NCBI GenBank assembly: GCA_038065035.1
Contig: JBBTRV010000007.1
Span: forward strand, 2,382-66,381
Origin: Patescibacteria group bacterium
GTDB lineage: Bacteria; Patescibacteriota; Minisyncoccia; UBA6257; UBA9933
Reading direction: 5' to 3'
DNA: 64,000 bases
Each line of letters begins with the position of its first letter. Within the stretch, counting starts at the first letter, position 1. Both the position numbers and the translations under genes were made by a program. Of the stretch, positions 47,413-57,022 are shown one piece after another. The notes beneath the pieces were generated by a model, which was not told where the DNA came from, made no database searches, and was given only the letters and a program-made list of their open reading frames with translations.

Positions 47413-49368
47413 ATGGCAAAAAAAACCAGTAAAAAAGAGGAAAAAATCGAGACAAAACCGCAAAATAACGGTTCTTACGAGGCCAAAGATATTTATGTTT
47501 TAGAGGGCCTAGAGCCAGTGAGAAAACGGCCAGGAATGTATATTGGCACAACCGGTATTGAAGGCTTGCATCATTTGATTTGGGAAGTTGTAGATAATAG
47601 TTTGGATGAAGCCATGGGCGGTTTTGCTAAAAACATTAAAGTTGAGCTGTTAAAGAATAATCGGGTGGCGGTAACTGACGATGGCCGAGGCATACCGGTT
47701 GATATCCATCCTCACACGAAAAAATCAGCTTTAGAAACTGTGCTTTGCACGCTTCATGCTGGCGGAAAATTCGGCGGAGATTCTTATAAGGTTTCCGGCG
47801 GGCTTCACGGCGTCGGCGTTTCAGTTGTTAACGCCCTTTCAAAATGGTTAAAGGCAGAAGTTTGTCGGGATGGCAATTTATATGTTCAAGAATATGAGAG
47901 GGGTAAGCCGAAATTCAATGTAAAAAAATCGGGCAAGTGCGGAGCTACCGGCACGAAAATTATTTTTGACGCTGACTTGGAAATTTTTTCAAAAGTTGAT
48001 TATGACAGAAAAAAAATAGTTGACCATCTTCGTCAGCAAGCGTTTCTTACTAAGGGCGTGAAAATCGAAATTATTGACGAGCGTGAAGAGACGCCGTTTT
48101 ATTATTCTTTTTATTTCGAGGGCGGACTATTGTCTTTTATTGATTATTTGAATCGTTTTCGCCAATCGATTCAAAAAGAAGTTTTTTATGTTAATAAAGA
48201 GTATGAGAAGATAGAAGTTGAAGCCGCTTTTGTCTACAATCAGGAAATTGAAACAACTGAATTAAGCTTTGCCAATAATATTTACACGACTGATGGCGGA
48301 ATGCATTTAACCGGTTTTCGTTCAGCTTTGACTCGCACGCTTAATGATTATGCAAGAGCCAGTAATTATTTAAAATCGGCTGATGAAAATTTAACCGGCG
48401 ATGATATTCGCGAAGGGTTAGTGACTATTGTTTCCGTGAAATTAAGCGAGCCGCAATTTGAGGGTCAGACAAAAGCGCGATTGGGAACGCCGGGAGCCAG
48501 AACCGCCGTTGAAACAGTTGTTAATGAATCTTTAAAAGAATTTCTTGAAAAGAACGGCAATGACGCGAGAGCGATAATTGAAAAATGCCTTTTGGCGCAA
48601 AAAGCGAGGAAAGCCGCCAAAGCTGCCAAGGAAACAGTTTTAAGAAAAGGAGTGATGGAAGGTATGACTTTGCCGGGAAAGCTCGCTGATTGTTCAACTC
48701 GCAATCCCGAAGAAGCGGAGCTATTTATAGTGGAAGGCGATTCAGCTGGGGGCAGTTGTAAACAAGGACGCGACCGGAAACGGCAGGCAGTTTTGCCGTT
48801 AAAAGGAAAAATTTTAAATGTTGAAAAAGCGAGAATTGATAAAATGCTTGCTAATAACGAGATTAAGTCGCTAGTAATAGCTTTAGGCACAGCCATTAGA
48901 GACAGTTTCGATATAGGAAAGTTGCGTTATCATAAAATTATAATTATGACTGATGCGGATGTCGACGGTTCGCATATTAGAACATTGCTTCTGACGCTTT
49001 TTTACCGCCATTTTCCCCTGCTTATTGAAAACGGCCATTTATATATTGCTCAGCCGCCGCTTTACAGAATTCAAAAAGGCAAAGAAATGCAATATGCTTA
49101 CGGTGATACGGATAAAGAAAAAATTATCAAATCATTCGACGGAGCTCAAGGAATCAATATCCAGAGATATAAAGGCTTGGGAGAAATGAATCCTGAACAG
49201 CTTTGGGAAACAACTTTAAATTACGAGAATAGGGTTTTAAGGCAGGTATTAGTTGAAGACGCTCAAAAAGCAAGCGAATTATTGGATGTTTTAATGGGCG
49301 AAGCAGTTGAACCGAGAAAAGCGTTTATTCAGAGCCAGGCGACTTTGGTTAGAAATCTTGACATATAG
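47413..49368 (+). CDS. gyrB: DNA gyrase subunit B
   Basis: VRKRPGMYIG, EVVDNSLDE, SGGLHGVG, VEGDSAGGS, MTDADVDG, QRYKGLGEMN. Confidence 0.95.
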   Translation: MAKKTSKKEEKIETKPQNNGSYEAKDIYVLEGLEPVRKRPGMYIGTTGIEGLHHLIWEVVDNSLDEAMGGFAKNIKVELLKNNRVAVTDDGRGIPVDIHPHTKKSALETVLCTLHAGGKFGGDSYKVSGGLHGVGVSVVNALSKWLKAEVCRDGNLYVQEYERGKPKFNVKKSGKCGATGTKIIFDADLEIFSKVDYDRKKIVDHLRQQAFLTKGVKIEIIDEREETPFYYSFYFEGGLLSFIDYLNRFRQSIQKEVFYVNKEYEKIEVEAAFVYNQEIETTELSFANNIYTTDGGMHLTGFRSALTRTLNDYARASNYLKSADENLTGDDIREGLVTIVSVKLSEPQFEGQTKARLGTPGARTAVETVVNESLKEFLEKNGNDARAIIEKCLLAQKARKAAKAAKETVLRKGVMEGMTLPGKLADCSTRNPEEAELFIVEGDSAGGSCKQGRDRKRQAVLPLKGKILNVEKARIDKMLANNEIKSLVIALGTAIRDSFDIGKLRYHKIIIMTDADVDGSHIRTLLLTLFYRHFPLLIENGHLYIAQPPLYRIQKGKEMQYAYGDTDKEKIIKSFDGAQGINIQRYKGLGEMNPEQLWETTLNYENRVLRQVLVEDAQKASELLDVLMGEAVEPRKAFIQSQATLVRNLDI

Positions 49369-49426
49369 CGCGTTCAATGCTTATATTCTATTTATTCTAT
49401 ATTGAATGCTGTAAATAATAATTATT

Positions 49427-49612
49427 ATGACAAATCGATTTATTTCTTATATTCAAGAATCGCGGCAAGAACTTAAGAAAGTCAACTGGCCGTCAAGGCA
49501 AGAAACAATTCGCTTAACAGTTGTTGTTATTGGGCTGTCAATCGGATTAGCGATTTTTTTAGGCGCCATTGATTTTATATTAAGGTACGCGCTTGAAATA
49601 TTTTTAACATGA
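49427..49612 (+). CDS. secE: Preprotein translocase SecE
   Basis: ELKKVNWPSR.E plus TM helix; upstream of nusG. Confidence 0.93.
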   Translation: MTNRFISYIQESRQELKKVNWPSRQETIRLTVVVIGLSIGLAIFLGAIDFILRYALEIFLT

Positions 49613-50187
49613 TTCAATCAGCGGAAAAAGCTCAAAAAATTACGGATAAAGAAAAAAAAGAAGAGCGGCAATGGTACGCGGTGCATACTTATGCCGGTTA
49701 TGAAGACGCGGTGGCCAGGTATTTGAAGCAAAGGGTTGATTCTCTGGAAATGCATGATAAGATTTTTAACGTTATCGTGCCGAAAGAAAAAAAGATTAAA
49801 ATTAAAAACGGTAAAAGAAAAACCATTGAAGAAAAAATTTATCCCGGCTATGTTTTGGTTGATATGTTAATGAGCGAAGATTCATGGTATGTGGTAAGAA
49901 ATACGCCGAGAGTAACCGGATTTGTCGGAGCTGATTCAACCGAACCAACGCCGATTTCAAAAGAAGAAGTGTCTTCGATTATGGCGCGGATGACCGGCGA
50001 AGAGCCGAAATTCAAGGTAGAACATCGCGTTGGCGAATTGGTTAAAATCACCGATGGTCCGTTTAAAGATTATGAAGGCAAAATCGACGCCATTGACGAA
50101 GAGCATGGAAAAGTAAAAGTAATGGTGCCGATTTTCGGCAGGGAAACGGCAGTTGAATTGGATTCATTGCAAATACAGAAAATTTAA
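49609..50187 (+). CDS. nusG: Transcription termination/antitermination factor NusG
   Basis: [33 protein letters not shown] motif. Confidence 0.96.
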   Translation: MIQSAEKAQKITDKEKKEERQWYAVHTYAGYEDAVARYLKQRVDSLEMHDKIFNVIVPKEKKIKIKNGKRKTIEEKIYPGYVLVDMLMSEDSWYVVRNTPRVTGFVGADSTEPTPISKEEVSSIMARMTGEEPKFKVEHRVGELVKITDGPFKDYEGKIDAIDEEHGKVKVMVPIFGRETAVELDSLQIQKI

Positions 50188-50189
50188 TT

Positions 50190-50615
50190 ATGGCTAAATC
50201 TATTAAAACAATTTTAAAACTTCAAATACAGGCAGGAGCGGCTAATCCTGCGCCGCCGATTGGTCCGGCCTTAGGTCAGCACGGCGTTAATATTGCCCAA
50301 TTTTGCCAGCAATTTAATGAAGCGTCAAAAGATATGGTTGGCAGCATTGTGCCTGCAGAAATCACTATTTATGAAGACCGGACTTTTGAATTCAAGCTGA
50401 AAACTTCGCCGGCTTCTGATTTGCTGCGTAAGGCTGCTGGTGTTGAAAAAGGCTCTGGCAATCCTTTGAAAAATAAAATCGGTAAAGTTAATAAAGACCA
50501 AATTCGCGAAATTGCCGAAAAGAAAATGGCGGATTTAAACGCTAATGACGTTGAAGCGGCAATGAAAATTGTGGAAGGCACGGCAAGAAGCATGGGTATA
50601 GAAATAGAAAAATAA
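50190..50615 (+). CDS. rplK: 50S ribosomal protein L11
   Basis: [22 protein letters not shown]. Confidence 0.97.
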   Translation: MAKSIKTILKLQIQAGAANPAPPIGPALGQHGVNIAQFCQQFNEASKDMVGSIVPAEITIYEDRTFEFKLKTSPASDLLRKAAGVEKGSGNPLKNKIGKVNKDQIREIAEKKMADLNANDVEAAMKIVEGTARSMGIEIEK

Positions 50616-50659
50616 ATATCAGAAATTTTCCATATCGAGTACAATGAATATGATTTTTT

Positions 50660-50686
50660 GTGGGTAGTAATTACTACCCACTTTTT
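50660..50686 (+). terminator. Terminator after rplK (perfect 22-bp palindrome)
   Basis: GTGGGTAGTAATTACTACCCAC followed by TTTTT. Confidence 0.7.
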
Positions 50687-50699
50687 CTATAATTATAAA

Positions 50700-52160
50700 A
50701 TGTATAAACCGACAATTGGCTTGGAGATTCACGTTGAATTAAAAACACAAACGAAGATGTTTTGCGGCTGTTTAAACGATTCCGAAGAAAAGCGGCCGAA
50801 TTTTAATATATGTCCGATTTGTATGGGACACCCCGGAACTTTGCCGGTGATTAATAAAAAAGCCGTTGAGTCAGTTTTAAAATTAGGATTAGCGTTAAAT
50901 TCACAAATTCCGCCTACTTCAAAATTCGACCGCAAAAACTATTTTTATCCGGATTTGCCGAAAGGTTACCAGATTTCGCAATATGATAAACCGTTGGTTA
51001 TCGGCGGCCAGCTTAATAACGTAAAATTAAGACGTATTCATTTAGAAGAAGACACTGCCCGACTGGTGCATGGAGATCCTTCGACAAGCTTAGGGTTACC
51101 AATTTCGTTGGTTGATTTCAATCGCGCTGGCGTGCCGTTGATGGAGTTAGTAACTGAGCCGGAAATAAAAAATGGCGAGGAGGCCGTGAAATTTGCCAGA
51201 GAATTACAGCTGATTTTAAGATATTTAGGTATTTCCGACGCCGATATGGAAAAGGGCCAAATGCGAATTGAAGCCAATGTAAGCGTAAGCAAAAACAGCG
51301 AGTTAGGTACTAAAGTTGAAATAAAAAATCTTAATTCTTTCCGAGCTGTCGGCGAAGCGATTGATTATGAAATAAAAAGGCAGGAAGATGTTTTAAAAAA
51401 TAGCGAAACCGTTAAGCATGAAACTCGCGGCTGGGACGAAAATAAAAAGAAAACTATCCATCAAAGAGTTAAGGAAGAAACGCACGATTATCGTTATTTT
51501 CCGGAGCCGGATTTGCCGCCGCTGGATTTGACTGACACTGATTTTATTAATATAGCAGAATTGAAAAATTCAATCCCCGAGCTTCCTATGCAAAAAAGGG
51601 AAAGATTTGAAAAAGAATTCTGGCTTAAGGTTGAGCAAATGGAGGTTTTGATTGAAGACAGAAATTTGGCGGAGTATTTTGAAAATTCCGTTTCTGAACT
51701 TCTTGAAGAAATTAAAGAAGCGGACGCGGAAGAAAAGAAAAAGGCTATTACTTTATTATTTAATTATCTTACAAGCGATATTAATGGATTTTTAAGCCAA
51801 AAAAGAATAACCATTAAAAGTTTAAATATTACTCCGGAGAATTTTTCCGATTTGATTTTACTGATTTTTAGAAATGAGATTTCCAGCCGTGTGGCGAAAG
51901 ATTTAATAGCAGAAATGCACGAAACGGGTTCTGATCCGCGCCAAATTATCACTGAAAAAGGATTATCTCAAGTTTCTGATGTTTCTGAAATTGAAGATAT
52001 TGTTAAAAAAATAATTTCTGAGAATCCAAAGCCGGCCGAGGATTATAAAAATGGACAGGAAAACGCTTTGCAGTTTTTAATCGGCCAGACAATGAAAGCC
52101 AGCCGCGGCAAAGCTAATCCTAAGGTAGTCAAAGAAATTTTAGAAAAACTTTTAAAATGA
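50700..52160 (+). CDS. gatB: Asp/Glu-tRNA amidotransferase subunit B
   Basis: IGLEIHVEL, FDRKNYFYPDLPKGYQISQ, HLEED, YRYFPEPDL; ATG at 50700. Confidence 0.97.
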   Translation: MYKPTIGLEIHVELKTQTKMFCGCLNDSEEKRPNFNICPICMGHPGTLPVINKKAVESVLKLGLALNSQIPPTSKFDRKNYFYPDLPKGYQISQYDKPLVIGGQLNNVKLRRIHLEEDTARLVHGDPSTSLGLPISLVDFNRAGVPLMELVTEPEIKNGEEAVKFARELQLILRYLGISDADMEKGQMRIEANVSVSKNSELGTKVEIKNLNSFRAVGEAIDYEIKRQEDVLKNSETVKHETRGWDENKKKTIHQRVKEETHDYRYFPEPDLPPLDLTDTDFINIAELKNSIPELPMQKRERFEKEFWLKVEQMEVLIEDRNLAEYFENSVSELLEEIKEADAEEKKKAITLLFNYLTSDINGFLSQKRITIKSLNITPENFSDLILLIFRNEISSRVAKDLIAEMHETGSDPRQIITEKGLSQVSDVSEIEDIVKKIISENPKPAEDYKNGQENALQFLIGQTMKASRGKANPKVVKEILEKLLK

Positions 52161-52164
52161 TTCT

Positions 52165-52800
52165 TTATTTATGATTGTGAAATTTAATTTCAATCCCATT
52201 TTTTGTAATAATTGATTTGCGAACGAATAAAAGAATAATCGCGCTTAAAATCGCGAATAAAGACGTTGCTATAAATACTGATTTAAATCCGAATAAGCTG
52301 GCGATTGAGCCGCCGATAATGCCGGCAAGGCCGATGCCTATTCCAACAGAGCTGCTGTTAAGCGCCCAATCAAAAGCAGCGTGCTTTTTATCGAGATGTC
52401 TCGAAAACATAGCCATCCAGGAAGGAAGATATAGGGCGAATCCAAGGCCTTTAAAAAATTGGATTAAATAAACTTGCCATAATTCTTTGGCAAAAACAAA
52501 GCTAAAGGCGCTTACTCCGGCAATCAGCATTCCGGCAATAATCATATAAAAATCGTCTTTTTCTCCCTTATTTTTGTCTAAAATAATAGAGATGGGAATT
52601 TGCGCGATTGACTTTACTCCCCAATAAATTGTCGCTAATAAGCCGACGGAAATAAGAGTGGCGCCGGCGATATTTTCTATGACAAAAATTGAAAAAATCG
52701 GGTCAATAACGCCCCATCCGCTCCATAAAAGCAGGTCGCTGATAATAAGATATCTGATAATTTTATTAAGCCAGCCGTCTAAATTTATTTTTTGGAACAT
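52165..52800 (-). CDS. Half-size (6-TM) MFS-like transporter
   Basis: Six TM helices with MFS-like spacing, 211 aa. Confidence 0.7.
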   Translation of the reverse strand: MFQKINLDGWLNKIIRYLIISDLLLWSGWGVIDPIFSIFVIENIAGATLISVGLLATIYWGVKSIAQIPISIILDKNKGEKDDFYMIIAGMLIAGVSAFSFVFAKELWQVYLIQFFKGLGFALYLPSWMAMFSRHLDKKHAAFDWALNSSSVGIGIGLAGIIGGSIASLFGFKSVFIATSLFAILSAIILLFVRKSIITKNGIEIKFHNHK

Positions 52801-52809
52801 AAAATCAAA

Positions 52810-55371
52810 CTATTTTATTTTAAAGGCAATTTCTTCATTTTCTAATGTTATATCAATAGCATTTCCTTTGGCAATTTCCTGCCTTAATATTTTTTCCGCC
52901 AAAACACTTTTTATTTTTTCGGAAATTACGCCACGCAAAGGCCGGGCACCGAAAACCGGATCATAGCCCAGCGCGGCGATTTTGCAAATAGCGGCATCAT
53001 TGAATACTAAAGAAATACCATGTGTTGCTTCTAATGTTTTTGTCAAGGCGATTAATTGGAGTTTGGCTATTTCTTCAATATCTCTAATTGAAAGATTTTT
53101 AAATACGACTATTTGCGATAAGCGATTAAGAAGCTCCGGTTTGAAATAAACAGTAAGTTTTTTCTTAATAGTTTCGCTGATTTTTGGCATTGATTCTTTA
53201 GCCTCAATCATTTCTTTGATAAGTTCGGAATTGGCGTTGGATGTGGCAATAATTATAGTATTGGAAAAATCAACGATTTTTCCGAAATTATCAGTAAGCC
53301 GACCGTCGTCAAAAACCTGCAAGAATAAATTTAAAATATCAGGGTGGGCTTTTTCAAACTCATCAAGAAGAATTAAGCTATATGGCTTTTGGCTGATGCA
53401 TTCCGTCAGTTGGCCGCTTGTTTGGCCGTCTGGAGAACCGATAAACCGATAAATGCTTTCTCTGGTTTGGTATTCCGACATATCAAAGCGAACCATTGAT
53501 TCCTCGGAACCAAATTGGATTTTTGACAAATTTTTTGAAAGTTCGGTTTTGCCGACGCCGGTCGGACCAACGAAAAGAAACGCCGCAATTGGCCCTTTTC
53601 CCCTTGATAAGCCGCTTCTGTATTCTCGTAAGGCGCGACTGACGGCGGAAACAGCTGTTTCCTGATTAATGAAAGATTCATGGATTATTTTTTCAAGATT
53701 GAGCAAGTTTTTGGTCTCAGCCTCGCTAGCATGCCTCAATGGGATATTTATTTTTCTTTCAGCAACAGAAATAACATCATTAGCTTTTAAAATTTTATTG
53801 CCGCTGTTTTCCACATAAGATAATGTCTCTTTTAAAAGTTCTTCCGCGCTGGACGGCAGGAGTTTATCCCGAAAATGTTTATGGCTGATGGAAACAGCGC
53901 TTTTTATGGCTCCGAAAGTAATTGTTATTCTATATTTTTTTTCCAAGAGCAAGCTGTCAAAAGTGAGAAGTTTGACAGCTTCATCTTCGCTTATTTCTTC
54001 AACGCGGATAATTTCAAAAGCGTCTTTAAAATCGTTTAAAGATTCAATATATTGTTTGAATTCTTTTGGATAAGTGGCGCCGATTATAGGAATTGAATCA
54101 TGGCTGATTATCGGCATTAGAATATCAGCGGCGTTAAATCCATTATTCGGTGAAGTTTTGATTAAATTATGAATATCCGGAATATAGAGAATAATATTGC
54201 CGCTGGATATTATTTCTTCTATTATTCTGTTTAGGCGGCCGGTTATTTCTTCTGGCGGCGCGCCGGCGATTAAATTGCTGATTGATAAAGCAATTAATCT
54301 TTTATCAAAAAGCGCTTTGGGAATTTCATCTTTAATAATTCCAAAAGCCAAAGCGGCAACTATGGTTTCTTTGCCGCTACCGGGCTCGCCGATAAGCAGA
54401 GCATTGGGCTTTATTACCCTTGATAAAGTGTTAACTAAACGGTCGTATTCTTGCTTATGGCCGATTAAAAAGCCAATTTGTTTTTCTCTGGCTAAATCGG
54501 TAAAATCAACGCCGTAGGCGTCAAGAGTAGGCGTTGGCCGTGCTGTCCAGGCGCGATTCATTACGCGGTGTCTTATTCTTTTTGGTTGGTTGATGAAAGA
54601 GCTTAGATTCACCGGTAATCGGCGCCAAAAGCTGAGATAACCGGCATAATGGCTGAAAATCATGGCGTTTGGCAAGTCATCGGGATTAATGTCAAACATT
54701 TTAAGAATCCGTTGGATAAACGGATTATCAACGGTTCGTAAGGCGACAAACAAGCTTTCCGGCGATATAAATTGATTTTGAACGTAAACAGCTTCATCAA
54801 AAGCCAGTTTTGATATTAATCCGGCTTTTTCAAAGCATTCTTCTTTTGCCGCCCTTATTTTTTTATTTTCTTCGGAATTGATAAATTCATCAATTTTATT
54901 TTCTAATTCAGAGACCGGCACATCCATTTTAATCAAAGCTTTTTTTATATCCGATTGGTGGACTAAAAGTTTTAGCAAATACAGGTAAAAATCTCCGCCA
55001 AGAAGCATTGCTTTATCACACGCCCTTTCAAGGAGAGAAAAACTTGACGGCGTAAGGAATTGGGCGGTGTTGATGTTTTCTTGGGAAAAATCTATTTTTC
55101 TTCTTTCTATTCTCGGAAGATAACGCGTAAATCCAAGAATAGAGCGGTCAGCTTCTTTAATATGAATTAACCGGTCGAGTAAAAATAAGCTTAATAATAA
55201 GCCGGCATAAAAAAGCGGTTTTATTTCAGAAGTAATAAAAACAAAAACTAAAGCGCTAAAAATCAGAATCGCATAAAAAGAATTAATAATCAGCCGCGCC
55301 AAAAATCTAGAGAAAGCGTTCATTTTCAGGCGGCTGTCGTAAAAATGAATTTGAGGCAGGGGATTAGTCAT
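52810..55371 (-). CDS. ClpA/B/C-family AAA+ ATPase with N-terminal TM helices
   Basis: AAA1 GEPGSGKE; AAA2 GPTGVGKTE, RFDMSEY, LLDEFEKAHP, GARPLR. Confidence 0.88.
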   Translation of the reverse strand: MTNPLPQIHFYDSRLKMNAFSRFLARLIINSFYAILIFSALVFVFITSEIKPLFYAGLLLSLFLLDRLIHIKEADRSILGFTRYLPRIERRKIDFSQENINTAQFLTPSSFSLLERACDKAMLLGGDFYLYLLKLLVHQSDIKKALIKMDVPVSELENKIDEFINSEENKKIRAAKEECFEKAGLISKLAFDEAVYVQNQFISPESLFVALRTVDNPFIQRILKMFDINPDDLPNAMIFSHYAGYLSFWRRLPVNLSSFINQPKRIRHRVMNRAWTARPTPTLDAYGVDFTDLAREKQIGFLIGHKQEYDRLVNTLSRVIKPNALLIGEPGSGKETIVAALAFGIIKDEIPKALFDKRLIALSISNLIAGAPPEEITGRLNRIIEEIISSGNIILYIPDIHNLIKTSPNNGFNAADILMPIISHDSIPIIGATYPKEFKQYIESLNDFKDAFEIIRVEEISEDEAVKLLTFDSLLLEKKYRITITFGAIKSAVSISHKHFRDKLLPSSAEELLKETLSYVENSGNKILKANDVISVAERKINIPLRHASEAETKNLLNLEKIIHESFINQETAVSAVSRALREYRSGLSRGKGPIAAFLFVGPTGVGKTELSKNLSKIQFGSEESMVRFDMSEYQTRESIYRFIGSPDGQTSGQLTECISQKPYSLILLDEFEKAHPDILNLFLQVFDDGRLTDNFGKIVDFSNTIIIATSNANSELIKEMIEAKESMPKISETIKKKLTVYFKPELLNRLSQIVVFKNLSIRDIEEIAKLQLIALTKTLEATHGISLVFNDAAICKIAALGYDPVFGARPLRGVISEKIKSVLAEKILRQEIAKGNAIDITLENEEIAFKIK

Positions 55372-55389
55372 AGTGGTAATTAATTATCT

Positions 55390-55527
55390 CGACAGATTTA
55401 TCTTTTAGAACCAGAATAATTTTGCTCCAGCGGAAAAATTTTCTTCGCCTTCGGCGCGCTGAGTCCGACCGTAGTCGGACGCCAAGCTCAGCGCGCCTGC
55501 GGGATGTTCTTCAAGACAAATTTGTCG
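55390..55527. ncRNA. Candidate structured RNA/repeat element, copy 2
   Basis: Homologous to 24727-24865 with compensatory stem changes. Confidence 0.6.
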
Positions 55528-55561
55528 TTAGTTATATTCTGTAATTTTGATTTCTTGTATA

Positions 55562-55912
55562 TTAGTAAATATTAAATAGTAATTTATAAATTATAAAAAT
55601 CGGAATTCCTAGCCAGATAATATAGATTGTGACGGCGATAATAAAAATAAATAAATAAACAATTGTTCCTATGCATAATCTGACGCTTCTGAAAATAAAT
55701 CCCAAAATATAGCCGATAATGCTGCGGTCTTGGTAAAGCGGCTGAAAAAGATGACGTAGAGTTATTTTAAAGGCCAACACGCGGTCTATTTTTTCCAGTT
55801 GGGAGATAATAAAATGAGAATAGACAAAAAAACTTTTAATGTACCAATGCCGCAGGAATTCTTTAATGCGGAATAATAAGCGATTAAGAAGATAAATTAA
55901 TAACATAGCCAC
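55562..55912 (-). CDS. Small membrane protein upstream of the Clp ATPase (start may be ATG 55906)
   Basis: HWY...LF.PLYQD....G...G...R followed by a TM helix. Confidence 0.75.
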   Translation of the reverse strand: MAMLLIYLLNRLLFRIKEFLRHWYIKSFFVYSHFIISQLEKIDRVLAFKITLRHLFQPLYQDRSIIGYILGFIFRSVRLCIGTIVYLFIFIIAVTIYIIWLGIPIFIIYKLLFNIY

Positions 55913-56949
55913 TATACTGGCGATATGGAATATTTTGTTTCGCCTTTTTCGAGGTATGATTTAATATTTTCAATATCAGTGTCTAAAATTCTCTGCAATG
56001 CTTCTTTGGTGTTAAAAGCGTTGTGCGGAGTGATAATAATGTTTGGCATATCAATTAAAACATGGCTTGCTAAAACGGTTTTTAAATTATGTCCTTCGGG
56101 ATTGCCGTGGAGCAAAAAAGTTTTTTCATCTTTAATAATTCCCTCTTCTTCCAAAACATCGGTTCCATAGCCGCCGATTTGCCCTTCATTAAGCGCCTTA
56201 ATAAGAGCTTCGGTTTCCACTAACGGTCCGCGGGCGGTATTGATTAACACCGCGCCTTTTTTCATTTTAGCGATATTTTTGCTATTGATAAGATAATGGT
56301 TTGATTCGCTGTAAGGGATATGAAGAGTGATGACGTCGGAATTTGCCAATAATTCTTCAAATGGAACGTATTTAAAGCCGATTTCTTTTTCAAGTTCTTT
56401 GTTGGGATAAACATCAGAGGCGATTACATTCATTCCAAAACCTTTAGCGATTTTTATTGAATATCTGCCGATTCTGCCGGTGCCGACAATGCCGATGGTT
56501 TTTCCGTTCAAGTCAAACCCTTGGAGGCCGTCAAAAGAAAAATCAGCCCGTTCGCGGATTTTGTCAAAGGCCTCGTAAATTTTCCTTGAAAGATTAAGCA
56601 ATAAGCCGAAGGCGAATTCCGCCACCGTATTATCGCCATAGCCGGGCACATAACCGGTTTTGATGTTTTTTTCTTTGGCGATTTTTAGATCAATATGGTC
56701 AAAGCCGGTGGAGCGAGTGGTGATAAGCTTAAGATTTGGGAAACTATCTATAACTTCTTTTTTTACTTCTGAGCCGACGAAAACGGAAATTGCATCAAAG
56801 TCCGTTAGTCCTGAGTTTTGCCGAAGGATTTCTGGCAGATTGTCTTTATTTAACTTTTCTTTACTGAAAAAAAAGTCAGCGTTTGATAGCCGATTTTTAA
56901 CATAATCAACTTCCCAGTCTTCAATCTCAAAAAAAGCGATTTTTACCAT
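55912..56949 (-). CDS. D-isomer-specific 2-hydroxyacid dehydrogenase (D-lactate dehydrogenase-like)
   Basis: RSTGFDHID, VAEF, GTGRIG, INTARG, DVLEEE, TPHNAF. Confidence 0.92.
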   Translation of the reverse strand: MVKIAFFEIEDWEVDYVKNRLSNADFFFSKEKLNKDNLPEILRQNSGLTDFDAISVFVGSEVKKEVIDSFPNLKLITTRSTGFDHIDLKIAKEKNIKTGYVPGYGDNTVAEFAFGLLLNLSRKIYEAFDKIRERADFSFDGLQGFDLNGKTIGIVGTGRIGRYSIKIAKGFGMNVIASDVYPNKELEKEIGFKYVPFEELLANSDVITLHIPYSESNHYLINSKNIAKMKKGAVLINTARGPLVETEALIKALNEGQIGGYGTDVLEEEGIIKDEKTFLLHGNPEGHNLKTVLASHVLIDMPNIIITPHNAFNTKEALQRILDTDIENIKSYLEKGETKYSISPV

Positions 56950-57022
56950 GTTTTTATTATAACTAATTTTTTATAAAAATAACAAGTCTTGTTTTAAAAT
57001 TTTTAAAATTTATAATAATCGT

